A program made the translations under genes and the position numbers. Positions 46,615 to 57,446 of a stretch of DNA of 64,000 bases are shown here, piece by piece (position 1 is the first letter of the stretch; the number at the start of each line of letters is the position of its first letter). The notes under the pieces are model-generated. The model saw nothing but the letters and a program-made list of their open reading frames with translations. It was not told the DNA's origin and made no database searches. The stretch is from Candidatus Daviesbacteria bacterium (lineage in GTDB: Bacteria; Patescibacteriota; Microgenomatia; Daviesbacterales; UBA10151), in the NCBI GenBank assembly GCA_016186955.1, contig JACPKP010000003.1, forward strand, positions 258,290-322,289, written 5' to 3'.

Positions 46615-48571
46615 ATCTTTAGTGCTTGGAAATGGAAATACCCTCATAGGGTTGGATAAATATGCCCAGGTGGCTGATTTTTATTTCCCTTATGTTGGTT
46701 TGGAAAACCAGGTTGGGGGACACCATGTACATAAAATCGGGGTTTGGGTTGACAATAAATTAAGCTGGTTTGATGACGGGAACTGGGAGATTGGGATCAA
46801 TTATGTTTTTGAATCTCTGGTGAGCCGGATAGAAGCGGTAAACCATAATTTAGGGGTTAAAATTACTTTCCGTGATGCAGTCTATAACGAAACAGACATC
46901 TTTATCAGGGAACTGAATATATACAACTTGAGTGAGGAAAAAAGGATTATTAAAGTTTTTTTCCACCAGAAGTTTGAAATAAACCAGTCCAGGCGGGCTG
47001 ATACCGCTTATTACGACCCGGAGAAAAATGTCATTATCCATTATAAAGGCAGGAGGGTTTTTCTGATAAATGCTGCTTCAGGAACGGAAAATTTTGACGA
47101 CTTCGGTATAGGTAATTTTAATATCGAAGGGAAAGAGGGAACTTACAAAGATGCGGAAGACGGCATACTGTCTAAAAACCCAATTGAGCACGGTTTGGTA
47201 GATTCAGTGATTGGTTTTACCTGTCATTTGGAGGGGTTGTCAACGCAGGAGCTTTATTACTGGATAACTGCAGCCAGGCAGGTAAAAGAAGCACACCAGC
47301 TGAATGGATACCTTTTAAAAAAATCGCCTAAGCATTTAATACAGACTACAGAAGATTTCTGGCGGGCTTGGGTTAATAAACAAAGGTTTGATTTTTGTGA
47401 TTTTGATAAACAAGCAGTAGACCTTTTTAAAAAATCACTTTTTATTATGAGAACCCAGGTTGATAACAGGGGGGCAATCCTTGCATCAAGTGATTCGGAT
47501 ATGTTAAAGCACGGCAAGGATAATTACAGTTATGTTTGGCCAAGGGATGGGGCAATAGTTGCACAGGCGCTTGACCAAGTGATGGATAACAATATTACCC
47601 AAACTTTTTACCAGTTTGCCAATAAAATTTTAACTGATGGAGGTTATTTTATGCACAAATACCTTGCAGACCAGTCCTTGGGGAGCTCATGGCACCCGTG
47701 GATCAGGGCCAATAAGATAGAACTGCCTATACAGGAAGATGAGACGGCGCTGGTTGTTGTTGCCCTAAAAGATTATTACGATATAGCCAAAGATTTGGAA
47801 TTTATAGAAAGTATCTATAATTCTTTAATTAAAAAAGCTGCAGATTTTATGGTTTCTTATAGGGATGATAAAACCAAACTGCCAAAACCCAGTTATGACC
47901 TGTGGGAGGAGAAATTTGGTGTCCATACCTATACAGCTTCCTCAGTTTTTGCGGCATTAAATGCGGCCAGCCAATTTGCCAACCTGTTGGGTAAAGGTGA
48001 TGCAGCCTTAATGTATATGCAAACCGCCCAAGAGATCAGGGAAGCGATCATCAAATACCTTTACTCTGAGGAAGAAGGCTATTTTTATAAAAGCATTAAT
48101 TTTGAAGGAGATCAGTTAAAAACAGACAAAATACTTGATTTGTCAAGTTGCTATGGGGTTTTTAAATTCAAAGTTTTAGATGCGGATGATGAGAGGTTGG
48201 TTAAGTCTTTCAAGCTGACAGAAGAGAAGTTGTTTGTGCAAGGAGGAGTCGGCGGTTTTGCCCGTTACTTAGGTGATGATTATTACCGGGTCAGCCAGGA
48301 TACCCCTGGCAATCCTTGGTTTATTACTACGCTTTGGTATGTCCAATTCCAAATTGCAAATTCTAAAACCAAAGAAGACTTGGAAAAAACCAAACATTGG
48401 TTTGGTTGGGTGGTAAAGTATGCCTTACCTTCAGGGATTTTATCAGAACAGCTGCACCCTTTTACCGGTGAACAGGTATCTGCAGCGCCCTTAACCTGGA
48501 GCCATGCAGAATTTGTCTTGACAGTACTCCAGTATCTTAAGAAAATGTCATACCTGGGCTTTTGCGGTTAA
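46607..48571 (+). CDS. GH15-family glucoamylase/glucodextranase-like
   Basis: YSYVWPRDGA and DLWEE catalytic regions. Confidence 0.8.
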   Translation: MPKSLVLGNGNTLIGLDKYAQVADFYFPYVGLENQVGGHHVHKIGVWVDNKLSWFDDGNWEIGINYVFESLVSRIEAVNHNLGVKITFRDAVYNETDIFIRELNIYNLSEEKRIIKVFFHQKFEINQSRRADTAYYDPEKNVIIHYKGRRVFLINAASGTENFDDFGIGNFNIEGKEGTYKDAEDGILSKNPIEHGLVDSVIGFTCHLEGLSTQELYYWITAARQVKEAHQLNGYLLKKSPKHLIQTTEDFWRAWVNKQRFDFCDFDKQAVDLFKKSLFIMRTQVDNRGAILASSDSDMLKHGKDNYSYVWPRDGAIVAQALDQVMDNNITQTFYQFANKILTDGGYFMHKYLADQSLGSSWHPWIRANKIELPIQEDETALVVVALKDYYDIAKDLEFIESIYNSLIKKAADFMVSYRDDKTKLPKPSYDLWEEKFGVHTYTASSVFAALNAASQFANLLGKGDAALMYMQTAQEIREAIIKYLYSEEEGYFYKSINFEGDQLKTDKILDLSSCYGVFKFKVLDADDERLVKSFKLTEEKLFVQGGVGGFARYLGDDYYRVSQDTPGNPWFITTLWYVQFQIANSKTKEDLEKTKHWFGWVVKYALPSGILSEQLHPFTGEQVSAAPLTWSHAEFVLTVLQYLKKMSYLGFCG

Positions 48572-48623
48572 AGCGGCAGAATAAAGTAAAAGTTAGGTTG
48601 GTTTTCTGCTACAATCTAATAGT

Positions 48624-51050
48624 ATGTCCCAAAACTTCATTAGGCTTTTTGAAGATGTTGGTATTTTAGATGTCAGTGAAGTTGGCGGGAAAAATGCATC
48701 ACTGGGGGAGATGATCCGCGAACTTGAGGAAAAAGGCATCAGTGTGCCCGGAGGCTATATCGTTACTGCAACTGCCTACAGGTTTTTTCTCTCCGAAACA
48801 GGGTTGGACGGTTTTATCAAAGAAACTCTAAAGGGGTTAAATACCGGGGATATGGAGGATTTAAAAGAGCGGGGAGGTAAAATCAGAGAAAAAATAAAGT
48901 CTATGGATTTTCCGGATTCCCTGCGCGATGATATCCTCAAAGCCCATGATGCTGCAGAAAAAAGATACGGCAAAGGGGTTGATTTTGCCGTCCGCTCATC
49001 AGCGACTGCGGAAGACCTGCCGGATGCATCCTTTGCAGGCGAACACGAAACATTCCTAAACGTCAGAGGGGAGGGTATTTTAAACGCCATCAGGTCTGCC
49101 ATGGCCTCACTTTTTACCGACAGGGCGATCTCATACCGGGTGGATAAAGGTTTTGACCACCTCAAAGTAGCTTTATCGGTTGGTGTCCAAAAAATGGTTC
49201 GTTCTGATTTAGGCTGCTCAGGGGTGATGTTTTCCCTTGACACTGAAACAGGTTTTCCGGGTGTGGTTTTAATCAATGGCTCTTGGGGTTTGGGTGAGAT
49301 GATTGTCCAGGGTGAAGTTTCACCGGATGAATTTTTGGTTTTCAAAAAAACCTTAAATGTCTCCAGGCACAGCCATTTTAAGGTTTTTAGGCGGGGGTGC
49401 TTTAAGCCGGTAATTGATAAGAAACTGGGGGAGAAGCACAAAAAGATGGTCTACGGTGAAGATCAGCCAACCAAAATTGTAGAAACTTCCCAAAAAGAAA
49501 AAATTAGTTTTGTTCTGACTGATGAGGAGATCCTGAAACTGGCCGGTTGGGCGGTTTTAATTGAGGACCATTATTCAAAAAAACACGGCAGATGGACACC
49601 GATGGATATGGAATGGGCCAAAGACGGCCGGGAAAATAAACTGTATATGATCCAGGCCAGGCCTGAGACAGTCCATGCCGCCCGTGATTTTTCCGTTTTT
49701 AGGGAATATTCAAGGACCCAAGAGGGTGAAAAAATCGTGACCGGCGCATCTGTCGGTAATAAAATTGCAGCCGGAAAAGCCCGGATTATCTTTGACCCTA
49801 AAGACATCGGTAATTTCCAAAAAGGTGAAGTGTTGGTAACTGGGATGACTGACCCTGACTGGGAGCCGATTATGAAGATAGCATCAGCGATTGTGACAGA
49901 TAAAGGCGGCAGGACTTCGCATGCGGCAATTGTTTCAAGGGAGTTGGGGATCCCGGCAGTTGTTGGGTGCAAAGATGCAACGGGTAAAATAAAAACAGGG
50001 GAGCAGGTGACAGTTGACTGCAGTAGCGAGGAAGGGGTTGTGTTAAAAGGTATATTGAAATTTAAAGTTATGGAACATAACGTTTCCTCGCTTCCCCAGA
50101 CCAAAACCCATGTAATGGTAAATATCGCCACCCCTCAGAGCGCATTTGAAAAATCCTTTCTGCCAAACAAAGGAGTTGGGCTTGCCAGGGAGGAATTCAT
50201 TATAGCCTCAGAGATCGGTATCCATCCAATGGCCCTGGTTAATTTTGAACATCTGCCGGAAAGTCTAGCCCACAAAATTGATGTAAAGACAGTAGGCTAC
50301 AAGGATAAAGTGCAATATTTCATCGATAAACTATCTTATGGAATAGCCAAAATCTCAGCTTCATTTTACCCCAGTTCGGTGATAGTGCGTTTTTCGGATT
50401 TTAAAACCAATGAATACCGGAAGTTGTTGGGAGGGGAAATTTATGAGCCGGAAGAAGAAAACCCGATGATAGGCTGGCGCGGGGCTTCCCGTTATTATGC
50501 TTCGGATTTTGCCCCGGCTTTTATTCTCGAGATTAAAGCAATTAAAAAGGTCATTGACGGGTTTGGGCTTACCAACACCATGGTGATGGTGCCGTTTTGC
50601 CGGAGTGTGGAAGAGGGCAGGAAGGTGATTAAAATAATTAAGGAGAACGGGTTATCCAGAAAAACCCATAAAGAATTAAAAATTTATGTCATGTGCGAAA
50701 TTCCTGTTAATGTAATACTGGCTGATCAGTTTCTTGATATATTTGACGGAATGAGTATCGGATCCAATGACCTGACCCAGCTTACTTTGGGGATTGACAG
50801 GGACGGAAATGAAAAGATCAGGGGTATTGCCAATGAAAATGATGAAAGCGTCAAGATAATGATTTCCGAAGTTATTAAAAAATGCAAAGACAGGGGGAAG
50901 TACATCGGGATCTGCGGCCAGGCGCCCTCTGATTATCCGGAGTTTGTCAGGTTTTTGGTTAAAAAGGGGATAGAGAGCATATCATTAAACCCCGATTCGT
51001 TAATTAAGACTTTGGTAATGGTGCATAAATTCGAGCAGGAGTTGCGATGA
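48624..51050 (+). CDS. ppsA: phosphoenolpyruvate synthase (pyruvate, water dikinase)
   Basis: 808 aa; N-terminal VGGKNASLGEM, phosphohistidine domain GGRTSHAAIVSRELGIPAVVGC, C-terminal PEP-utilising TIM barrel. Confidence 0.85.
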   Translation: MSQNFIRLFEDVGILDVSEVGGKNASLGEMIRELEEKGISVPGGYIVTATAYRFFLSETGLDGFIKETLKGLNTGDMEDLKERGGKIREKIKSMDFPDSLRDDILKAHDAAEKRYGKGVDFAVRSSATAEDLPDASFAGEHETFLNVRGEGILNAIRSAMASLFTDRAISYRVDKGFDHLKVALSVGVQKMVRSDLGCSGVMFSLDTETGFPGVVLINGSWGLGEMIVQGEVSPDEFLVFKKTLNVSRHSHFKVFRRGCFKPVIDKKLGEKHKKMVYGEDQPTKIVETSQKEKISFVLTDEEILKLAGWAVLIEDHYSKKHGRWTPMDMEWAKDGRENKLYMIQARPETVHAARDFSVFREYSRTQEGEKIVTGASVGNKIAAGKARIIFDPKDIGNFQKGEVLVTGMTDPDWEPIMKIASAIVTDKGGRTSHAAIVSRELGIPAVVGCKDATGKIKTGEQVTVDCSSEEGVVLKGILKFKVMEHNVSSLPQTKTHVMVNIATPQSAFEKSFLPNKGVGLAREEFIIASEIGIHPMALVNFEHLPESLAHKIDVKTVGYKDKVQYFIDKLSYGIAKISASFYPSSVIVRFSDFKTNEYRKLLGGEIYEPEEENPMIGWRGASRYYASDFAPAFILEIKAIKKVIDGFGLTNTMVMVPFCRSVEEGRKVIKIIKENGLSRKTHKELKIYVMCEIPVNVILADQFLDIFDGMSIGSNDLTQLTLGIDRDGNEKIRGIANENDESVKIMISEVIKKCKDRGKYIGICGQAPSDYPEFVRFLVKKGIESISLNPDSLIKTLVMVHKFEQELR

Positions 51051-52234
51051 GAGTGCACTCTGTTGAACTGAAGATAATAGATGATTCCCGCTTGGATCCG
51101 ACAATAGAGGCAAGCCTTAATTTAGACGGACAGGAAGCTTCAGCCAGCGTACCTTCGGGGAAAAGTAAAGGCAAAAACGAGGCAGTTGTTGTAGAGCCCC
51201 AGAAAGCCCTGTACCTTCTTGAAGATATAAAATCCAGGATAACCCAAACTGATTTTAATGCACTGGAAGAGTTTGACTTGTTTTTGAATAAATTGGATGG
51301 AACAGCAGATAAGCACCGGTTGGGAGGCAACCTGATATTGGCGCTAAGCAGCGCCTTTACCAAAGCCTGGGCTAAACTGCAAAAATTGGAGACATTCCAG
51401 CTTATTGCAAAAATTTCCAACCAGAAAGCCGCAAGATCACCGCTCTTATTTTTTAACCTGATTGAAGGGGGCGTACATGTAAAAAACGGGCCGGCATTTC
51501 AGGAGTATCTGTTTGTGCCGGATTTACCCGGTGCAGAGCAATCTTTAAAATCAGCCCAGGGGATGATTAAGGTTTTGGGGGGAATCATTCAGGAACGATA
51601 CGGGCAGTTGGTTTATGGGGATGAAGGAGGTTTTAGCATTGGATCAGATAATCCGGAAGCAGGCCTTCAGTTGCTTGATACAGCCAGGAAGCAGTTAGGA
51701 CAGGAGCAGTCATTTTTAAGTTTGGATGTAGCAGCGTCAACTTTTTACCGGGACGGAAGATATAAAGTAGGGCAAAACTTTTTAACCTGGTCAGAGCTTT
51801 TTAATTTATACGTTGGATTTGTTGACAAATATAACCTGCTTTCAATAGAAGACCCGTACGGTGAATCAGATTACGGGGGGTTTGAGAATATCACTGCAAA
51901 ATTAGGCGGAAAAATATGGGTGGTAGGCGATGATTTAACAACAACCAATGTCCAGCTGATAAAAAGAGCCCAAAAGGATAATTTAGTTAATGCAGTCATC
52001 ATTAAACCGACCCAGATAGGGTCGGTCTCGGAAGCTATCCGGGCTGCGCTGCTGGCTAAATCTTACGGATGGAAGATTATTATCAGCCACAGGAGCGGGG
52101 AAACGATGGATGATTTTATTGCGGATCTGGCGTTTGGTTTAGGGGCAGACGGGTTAAAAGCCGGCTCGCCGTCGCAAAAGGAGAGGTTGGTCAAATATGA
52201 AAGGGTGGTTAGAATTGAAGAGCTTAGAGCTTAG
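51047..52234 (+). CDS. eno: enolase
   Basis: IDDSRLDPTIEA, VPSGKSKG, SHRSGETMDDFIADLA, KYERVVRIEE. Confidence 0.9.
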   Translation: MRVHSVELKIIDDSRLDPTIEASLNLDGQEASASVPSGKSKGKNEAVVVEPQKALYLLEDIKSRITQTDFNALEEFDLFLNKLDGTADKHRLGGNLILALSSAFTKAWAKLQKLETFQLIAKISNQKAARSPLLFFNLIEGGVHVKNGPAFQEYLFVPDLPGAEQSLKSAQGMIKVLGGIIQERYGQLVYGDEGGFSIGSDNPEAGLQLLDTARKQLGQEQSFLSLDVAASTFYRDGRYKVGQNFLTWSELFNLYVGFVDKYNLLSIEDPYGESDYGGFENITAKLGGKIWVVGDDLTTTNVQLIKRAQKDNLVNAVIIKPTQIGSVSEAIRAALLAKSYGWKIIISHRSGETMDDFIADLAFGLGADGLKAGSPSQKERLVKYERVVRIEELRA

Positions 52235-53508
52235 AGCTTTAGGCTGAGCATTAGATCAGAGACATTTGAACCGGTGGGGCCGGTTATAATCAGATCCCCC
52301 AGCTTTTCAAATACAGGATAGGAATTTAAATTTTCTTTTTCATCTGTATAACTGAAATGTTCATTTATTTTTTCAATTGATTTTTCGTCTATAACCGCCC
52401 CGTCTGCATCCGAATTATCCACCCCGTCGCTAGCAAAAGCGATAAAAACCTGGTTAGGGGAGATATAAGGAATTGATTCCAGAGCGAGTTGTTGGCACCT
52501 GCCGCCCTTGCCGTATCTGCCTTTGTAAGCCGTCAGGGAAGGTTCTCCCCCGGCAATCCTGACCTGTTTTTGAGATAAGTTTTCATTGAGGCGCCTGGCG
52601 ATTTCAGATAGAGGACTCATTAAGGATTCCGAAACGATTTCTGTTGAGAATCCAAGCTCAGTAGATTTTTTAGCCATCGCCTCAACTGCTTCATGGTTTG
52701 ACACCATCAATATATTTGTAACTTTTTGAAAATACTTTTCTTCTTTGGGCGTTTCGGAAAAATTAATGCCCGGAAAATTTAAGTTATATTTACGGATTAA
52801 GGCTTGCACATCCCCCAGGGTTGATTTATCCGGAAAAGTCGGGCCGGAGGCGACATTTTCCATATCCCCGCCGGGGATATCTGAAAAGACCAAACCGATG
52901 ACAGTGGCAGGATAGAGTAATTTTGCCAAGCCCCCGCCCTTTAGTGTTGATGTGTGTTTGCGGAGCGTGTTTAATTCATTAATATTGCCTCCGGTTTTCA
53001 GGAAAACATCATAGATAGCGATATCCCAGGCGCATTCGGTTTCAGAAGAGCAAAGCAGGCTTGACCCTCCGCCTGATACAATGCAGATAACCAGGTCATC
53101 TTTTGTAACTCCTTTTGCAACATCCATGATTTGTTGTGTTGCTATAACATTTGCCGGAGTTGGTTTCGGATGGCTGCCCTCATAAATTTTGATGTTGGGG
53201 TTTTCGCAATGAGCAGTCCGGATATCTATAGCGATACCTGATGTGATATGGGCGCTTAAAAGGTCATTGATGGCGATTATCCCGTCACAAGAGGCTTTGC
53301 CAAAACCGAATACGTAAATCTTTTTAAAAGGTTTTAAGTCAATTTTTTTATCTTTAATTGTTAAAACATTGCCGTCAAGTTTTAAGCTTGTTTTGATGAT
53401 GCGTTCAGTATTGATTGCTGCCAAACCTGCTTCAGCTATTTTTAATGCAGCAGATCTTGGCTCTGATGTAGCCAGTTTAGCAAAGTTTTTAACAGTATGG
53501 TTATCCAT
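52231..53508 (-). CDS. glycerate kinase (MOFRL family)
   Basis: IVSGGGSSLL, LRKHTSTLKGGGLAKLL typical of glycerate 2-kinase MOFRL. Confidence 0.7.
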   Translation of the reverse strand: MDNHTVKNFAKLATSEPRSAALKIAEAGLAAINTERIIKTSLKLDGNVLTIKDKKIDLKPFKKIYVFGFGKASCDGIIAINDLLSAHITSGIAIDIRTAHCENPNIKIYEGSHPKPTPANVIATQQIMDVAKGVTKDDLVICIVSGGGSSLLCSSETECAWDIAIYDVFLKTGGNINELNTLRKHTSTLKGGGLAKLLYPATVIGLVFSDIPGGDMENVASGPTFPDKSTLGDVQALIRKYNLNFPGINFSETPKEEKYFQKVTNILMVSNHEAVEAMAKKSTELGFSTEIVSESLMSPLSEIARRLNENLSQKQVRIAGGEPSLTAYKGRYGKGGRCQQLALESIPYISPNQVFIAFASDGVDNSDADGAVIDEKSIEKINEHFSYTDEKENLNSYPVFEKLGDLIITGPTGSNVSDLMLSLKL

Positions 53509-54511
53509 TGACTATATTTTGGGGAGCGCCGGACAAAAATGAGTTAATATTGTCAACTGTTGTCTGTCTGATTGATTGTTCCGCTTCTTTTGTGTAGAAA
53601 GCCATGTGCGGGGTAATAATTACCTGTGGCAGGCTTATCAGCATATGGTCCTCCAGGATATTTTTGTATTTCTCCTGAGGAATGGCATTTTTACTCAGCA
53701 GTTCGATTTCTTCCTTCAACTCTTCCTCCTCTTCTAAAACATCTAAGGCAGCCCCGCTGATACGGCCGCCTGAAAGCGCTTTAAACAAAGCATCTGTTTC
53801 TACTACACCGCCTCTTGATGTATTTATCAACAGACTTCCTTGTTTGATAAGTTGCAGGTTGCTGCTGTTTAAAAGATGATGTGTTTCTTTATTGTATGGA
53901 ACATGGATTGTTACAATATCGGATGACTGGAGTACTAAATCAAGTGAACAATACCGGAATTTTAAGTCATTTGCCAGGTCATGGTTGGGGAAAGTATCAA
54001 AAGCCATTATTTCCATCCCAAAACTTTTAGCAATCCGCATCACATTGCTGCCGATTTTGCCTGTTCCGATGACACCTAAAGTTTTGCCGAAAAGGTCCAT
54101 ACCCCGGAACCCCTCAAAGGAAAAATTCTTCTCTGTTTTTACCCTGTTTATTGCCAGGTAAGTTTTGCGGGTTAAGTTTAATATTAGTGAGAATGTAAAC
54201 TCAGCAACTGTATGGGAGCCATAAGCCGGTACATTGGAAACCGGGATATTTTTCTGTTTAGCGGTGTTGACATCAATATTATCAAAGCCTGTTGAACGGG
54301 GGAAAACCGCTTTTAAGTTTGGCAGCTCATTTAAAGCGGCGGCATCAATTTTACTGCTTACAAATACCGAGATCAGGTCAAAATCTTTTGCATTGGAAAT
54401 TGGGTTTGCATCTAAGGGTTCTTTGGAGAAAAAAAGGTCATGTTGGGAGAGTTTTTCTTTGAAAAAATTAATCTCTTCATCGCGTGTTATTTCAAAGAAA
54501 GCAATCTTCAT
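53501..54511 (-). CDS. D-isomer-specific 2-hydroxyacid dehydrogenase (hydroxypyruvate/glycerate dehydrogenase-like)
   Basis: GKTLGVIGTGKIGSNV NAD site, catalytic R..E..H pattern. Confidence 0.8.
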   Translation of the reverse strand: MKIAFFEITRDEEINFFKEKLSQHDLFFSKEPLDANPISNAKDFDLISVFVSSKIDAAALNELPNLKAVFPRSTGFDNIDVNTAKQKNIPVSNVPAYGSHTVAEFTFSLILNLTRKTYLAINRVKTEKNFSFEGFRGMDLFGKTLGVIGTGKIGSNVMRIAKSFGMEIMAFDTFPNHDLANDLKFRYCSLDLVLQSSDIVTIHVPYNKETHHLLNSSNLQLIKQGSLLINTSRGGVVETDALFKALSGGRISGAALDVLEEEEELKEEIELLSKNAIPQEKYKNILEDHMLISLPQVIITPHMAFYTKEAEQSIRQTTVDNINSFLSGAPQNIVNG

Positions 54512-54541
54512 CCTGAATCAATATAATACCAAACAAAGATA

Positions 54542-55786
54542 TTATGCGTCAATAAATGTTAAAGCAATGCCTGTTTTGCCAGCCCTGCCAGTTCTGCCAA
54601 TTCTGTGGATATAATCATCATAACTTTCCGGTAAATCATAATTGATAACATGGGTGACATTTTCTATATCCAGGCCCCGGGAAGCCACATCAGTGGCCAA
54701 AAGAACCTGGATTTCATTTTGTTTAAAGCGGGCCAAAGCGTGTTGTCTTTGGGATTGGCTTTTATTTCCATGAATTGCTCCTGCCTTAAAACCCCTAAAA
54801 GTTAAATTTTTATAAAGTTTTTCTATGCCATGTTTAGTCCTTCCAAAAACTAAAACTTTGTCAAAACCATCTTTAATTAAAAGATCATGGAGCAGGTTAA
54901 TTTTTTTGGAAGGGTCAGTTACTTTAATAACGTCTTGGTCCACATTTTCACAAGTTTCCTGTTTTTTGACTGAGATGGTTACAGGGTTTGTAACAAATGT
55001 ATTTAAAATACTTTGAGCTTTTGGCGGAATAGTAGCAGAAAAAAATAAAGATTGCCTTATTTTGGGCAAAAGAGAGATAAAATATCTTACATCGTTTATG
55101 AAACCGATATCAACCATTAAATCTACTTCATCAAGGACAATATTTGAATAATCGCCCAAATATATTAATTTTCTTTCCACCAGATCTTTTAGTCTCCCCG
55201 GAGTAGCAACGACTACTTGTGGATTTTGTCTTATGCCATAAATTTGCCTGTTCATATTTGCACCCCCGATAACCAGAGCCGAATGCAGTTTCATATTTAA
55301 GCTAAAATTTCTAAACTCTTCATTTATTTGCACCGCCAGTTCTCTGGTTGGGGCGATAATCAGTATTTTTTGATTTTGGGATATAAATATCTTATTAATT
55401 AAAGGGATTAAAAAGGCAGCGGTTTTACCGGTGCCTGTTCCGGCAAGCCCGATGACATCCCTGCCTTCTAAAATTGGCCGGATAGCCTGGTCCTGAATTG
55501 GAGTTGGCACTTTATACCCATGGTTTAAAATATTTTGTTTAAGTACTGGGACAATTTCAAAATCTTCAAAACTGTTCCGGGGAATATAATTTATGTTAAC
55601 CTCCTCTAAATCGGTTTTTTTAATATATAAGTTAGGGTCAATTATAAGCTTTTGGACTTTACGCATATTACCCCTTGCCCCGCTGGAAAAACGTTTGGGG
55701 TTGTTGAGCCTGCCGCCTGGTGACGTCCTAAAACTTCTCATATAGCCTCCTCTTATGGAGGATCTGTTGTTTGTATACTGATACAT
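54542..55786 (-). CDS. DEAD-box ATP-dependent RNA helicase
   Basis: Q motif, GTGKTAAF, DEVD, SAT, HRIGRTGRAG; R/G-rich N-terminal extension. Confidence 0.9.
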   Translation of the reverse strand: MYQYTNNRSSIRGGYMRSFRTSPGGRLNNPKRFSSGARGNMRKVQKLIIDPNLYIKKTDLEEVNINYIPRNSFEDFEIVPVLKQNILNHGYKVPTPIQDQAIRPILEGRDVIGLAGTGTGKTAAFLIPLINKIFISQNQKILIIAPTRELAVQINEEFRNFSLNMKLHSALVIGGANMNRQIYGIRQNPQVVVATPGRLKDLVERKLIYLGDYSNIVLDEVDLMVDIGFINDVRYFISLLPKIRQSLFFSATIPPKAQSILNTFVTNPVTISVKKQETCENVDQDVIKVTDPSKKINLLHDLLIKDGFDKVLVFGRTKHGIEKLYKNLTFRGFKAGAIHGNKSQSQRQHALARFKQNEIQVLLATDVASRGLDIENVTHVINYDLPESYDDYIHRIGRTGRAGKTGIALTFIDA

Positions 55787-56083
55787 ATTTAGTTCTTCTG
55801 ATCCTCACAAAAATGGAGGATCAGGAAGACAAAAATTTAAATTGAAAAAGAAAAAAGTTGGATTGCTCCAATGGAGCGCATTAAAAGAATGTAATCCCAC
55901 TACCTATATAGTATTCTGCGTAATTTCTGCAGTAATTTGAAGGGAAGAATTTTCTAAATAGCTCAAATTCTTAAATCAAGTAATAATACCATAACACATC
56001 TGAATCCAAAAAGCAAGTCCTATAACGAAAAGGAGTTGTACGGTAGCTTGTTTTATTAGGAGTTTATATTTAGAATAAATAGC

Positions 56084-56851
56084 ATGGGAATTTTGGCATA
56101 CATTATTATCTTTACCCTAGTAGGCAGCGTGGTGTCTTTGGTTGGAGGAATACTGCTTTTAATCAAGCAAAAATTTGCTCTTTCTGTCTCCCATTATTTA
56201 TCTTCATTTGCCGCAGGGGCGTTGCTTTCCGCTGCTTTTTTTGATCTGCTGCCTGAAGCTATAAAGCATATGGAGGAGTTGAAGGTGGATATGAATTTGC
56301 CACTTTGGATGTTGTTTGGCATACTGGCGTTTTTCCTTCTGGAGCGGTTTATCCATCACCACCACAATCACGCCGGTACCCCCAAAGAAGAAAAAAAATC
56401 AATCATTCCTTTGGTGGTAATCGGAGATACGCTGCATAATTTTACCGATGGTATGGCGATTGCTGCTACCTTCTTAATTAGTATTCCCTTGGGTATTGTG
56501 ACATCTTTGGCAGTGGCAGCGCATGAGATTCCCCAAGAAATAGGTGATTTTGGGCTACTGCTTAACAAGGGCTTGGAAAGAAAAAAAGTGCTTTTAATCA
56601 ATCTTTTTAGTTCCTTGGCAGCTTTAGCAGGAGCGGTCCTAGTTTATCTTTATCAGGCAAGTTTTGAAAAACTTCTGCCTGTTATTTTGGCTCTTACGGC
56701 AGGTTTTTTTACTTATATAGCTTTGGCAAACTTGATTCCGGAGATACATAACCAGGACGATCAAAAGATGGCTTTCTGGGAAACTGTGATGTTACTTTTG
56801 GGGGTAGTAGTGGTATATTTTGCTATTTCAACCCTGGAAGGCATCCGCTAA
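56084..56851 (+). CDS. ZIP-family zinc transporter (ZupT-like)
   Basis: His-rich loop HHHHNHAG, HEIPQEIGDF signature. Confidence 0.8.
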   Translation: MGILAYIIIFTLVGSVVSLVGGILLLIKQKFALSVSHYLSSFAAGALLSAAFFDLLPEAIKHMEELKVDMNLPLWMLFGILAFFLLERFIHHHHNHAGTPKEEKKSIIPLVVIGDTLHNFTDGMAIAATFLISIPLGIVTSLAVAAHEIPQEIGDFGLLLNKGLERKKVLLINLFSSLAALAGAVLVYLYQASFEKLLPVILALTAGFFTYIALANLIPEIHNQDDQKMAFWETVMLLLGVVVVYFAISTLEGIR

Positions 56852-56880
56852 TACTACGTCTTGCCCAAAGTCTCAACTGT

Positions 56881-57246
56881 TTAACTTTGGACATGGATAA
56901 TTTTTAGTTCCTTTAAATCCTGTTCTTTTTTATCCCTGGCGATCAATCCAATTTCCCAATCTTCCTTTTCTTTACCCTCATCTTCTGAAACATAATTTAA
57001 AATCCCGGGTTGGTCACCCGAAACTATCCAACCTGGTAAACCCTCAAGTTTCATTACCTGAAAATCTGCTGAAGGTGTTCCCGGAGTGGATGTACCGTAT
57101 TTTTGCAAAACCTCTTTTGCCTCAGTTTCCAAATCTCCTTTAGGATGGTAGAGGATCACACAGGTTCCACTGCTAAAAACCACCCAATTTTTAATCTTTG
57201 GCTCAATAACTTTTCTGTAAATATCTATAATTTGGTTAATATCCAT
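56881..57246 (-). CDS. hypothetical protein (121 aa)
   Basis: ORF only. Confidence 0.4.
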   Translation of the reverse strand: MDINQIIDIYRKVIEPKIKNWVVFSSGTCVILYHPKGDLETEAKEVLQKYGTSTPGTPSADFQVMKLEGLPGWIVSGDQPGILNYVSEDEGKEKEDWEIGLIARDKKEQDLKELKIIHVQS

Positions 57247-57446
57247 ATTAAGTTACTGATTTGTACCTGCCACAGTTTGATGTTGAGCATATTGTGTATG
57301 TATATTCTCCCAGTGTTTTAGTATAGTTTCCCAATCAAAGGGTTTGCTCAGATAATAATAGCTTGCATGCCCATCTCTTTCTAACAACATATCGTATTTG
57401 AGTGCATGCATTGAACCAACTGAGATTACATCTGGTCTTTCTTGGT

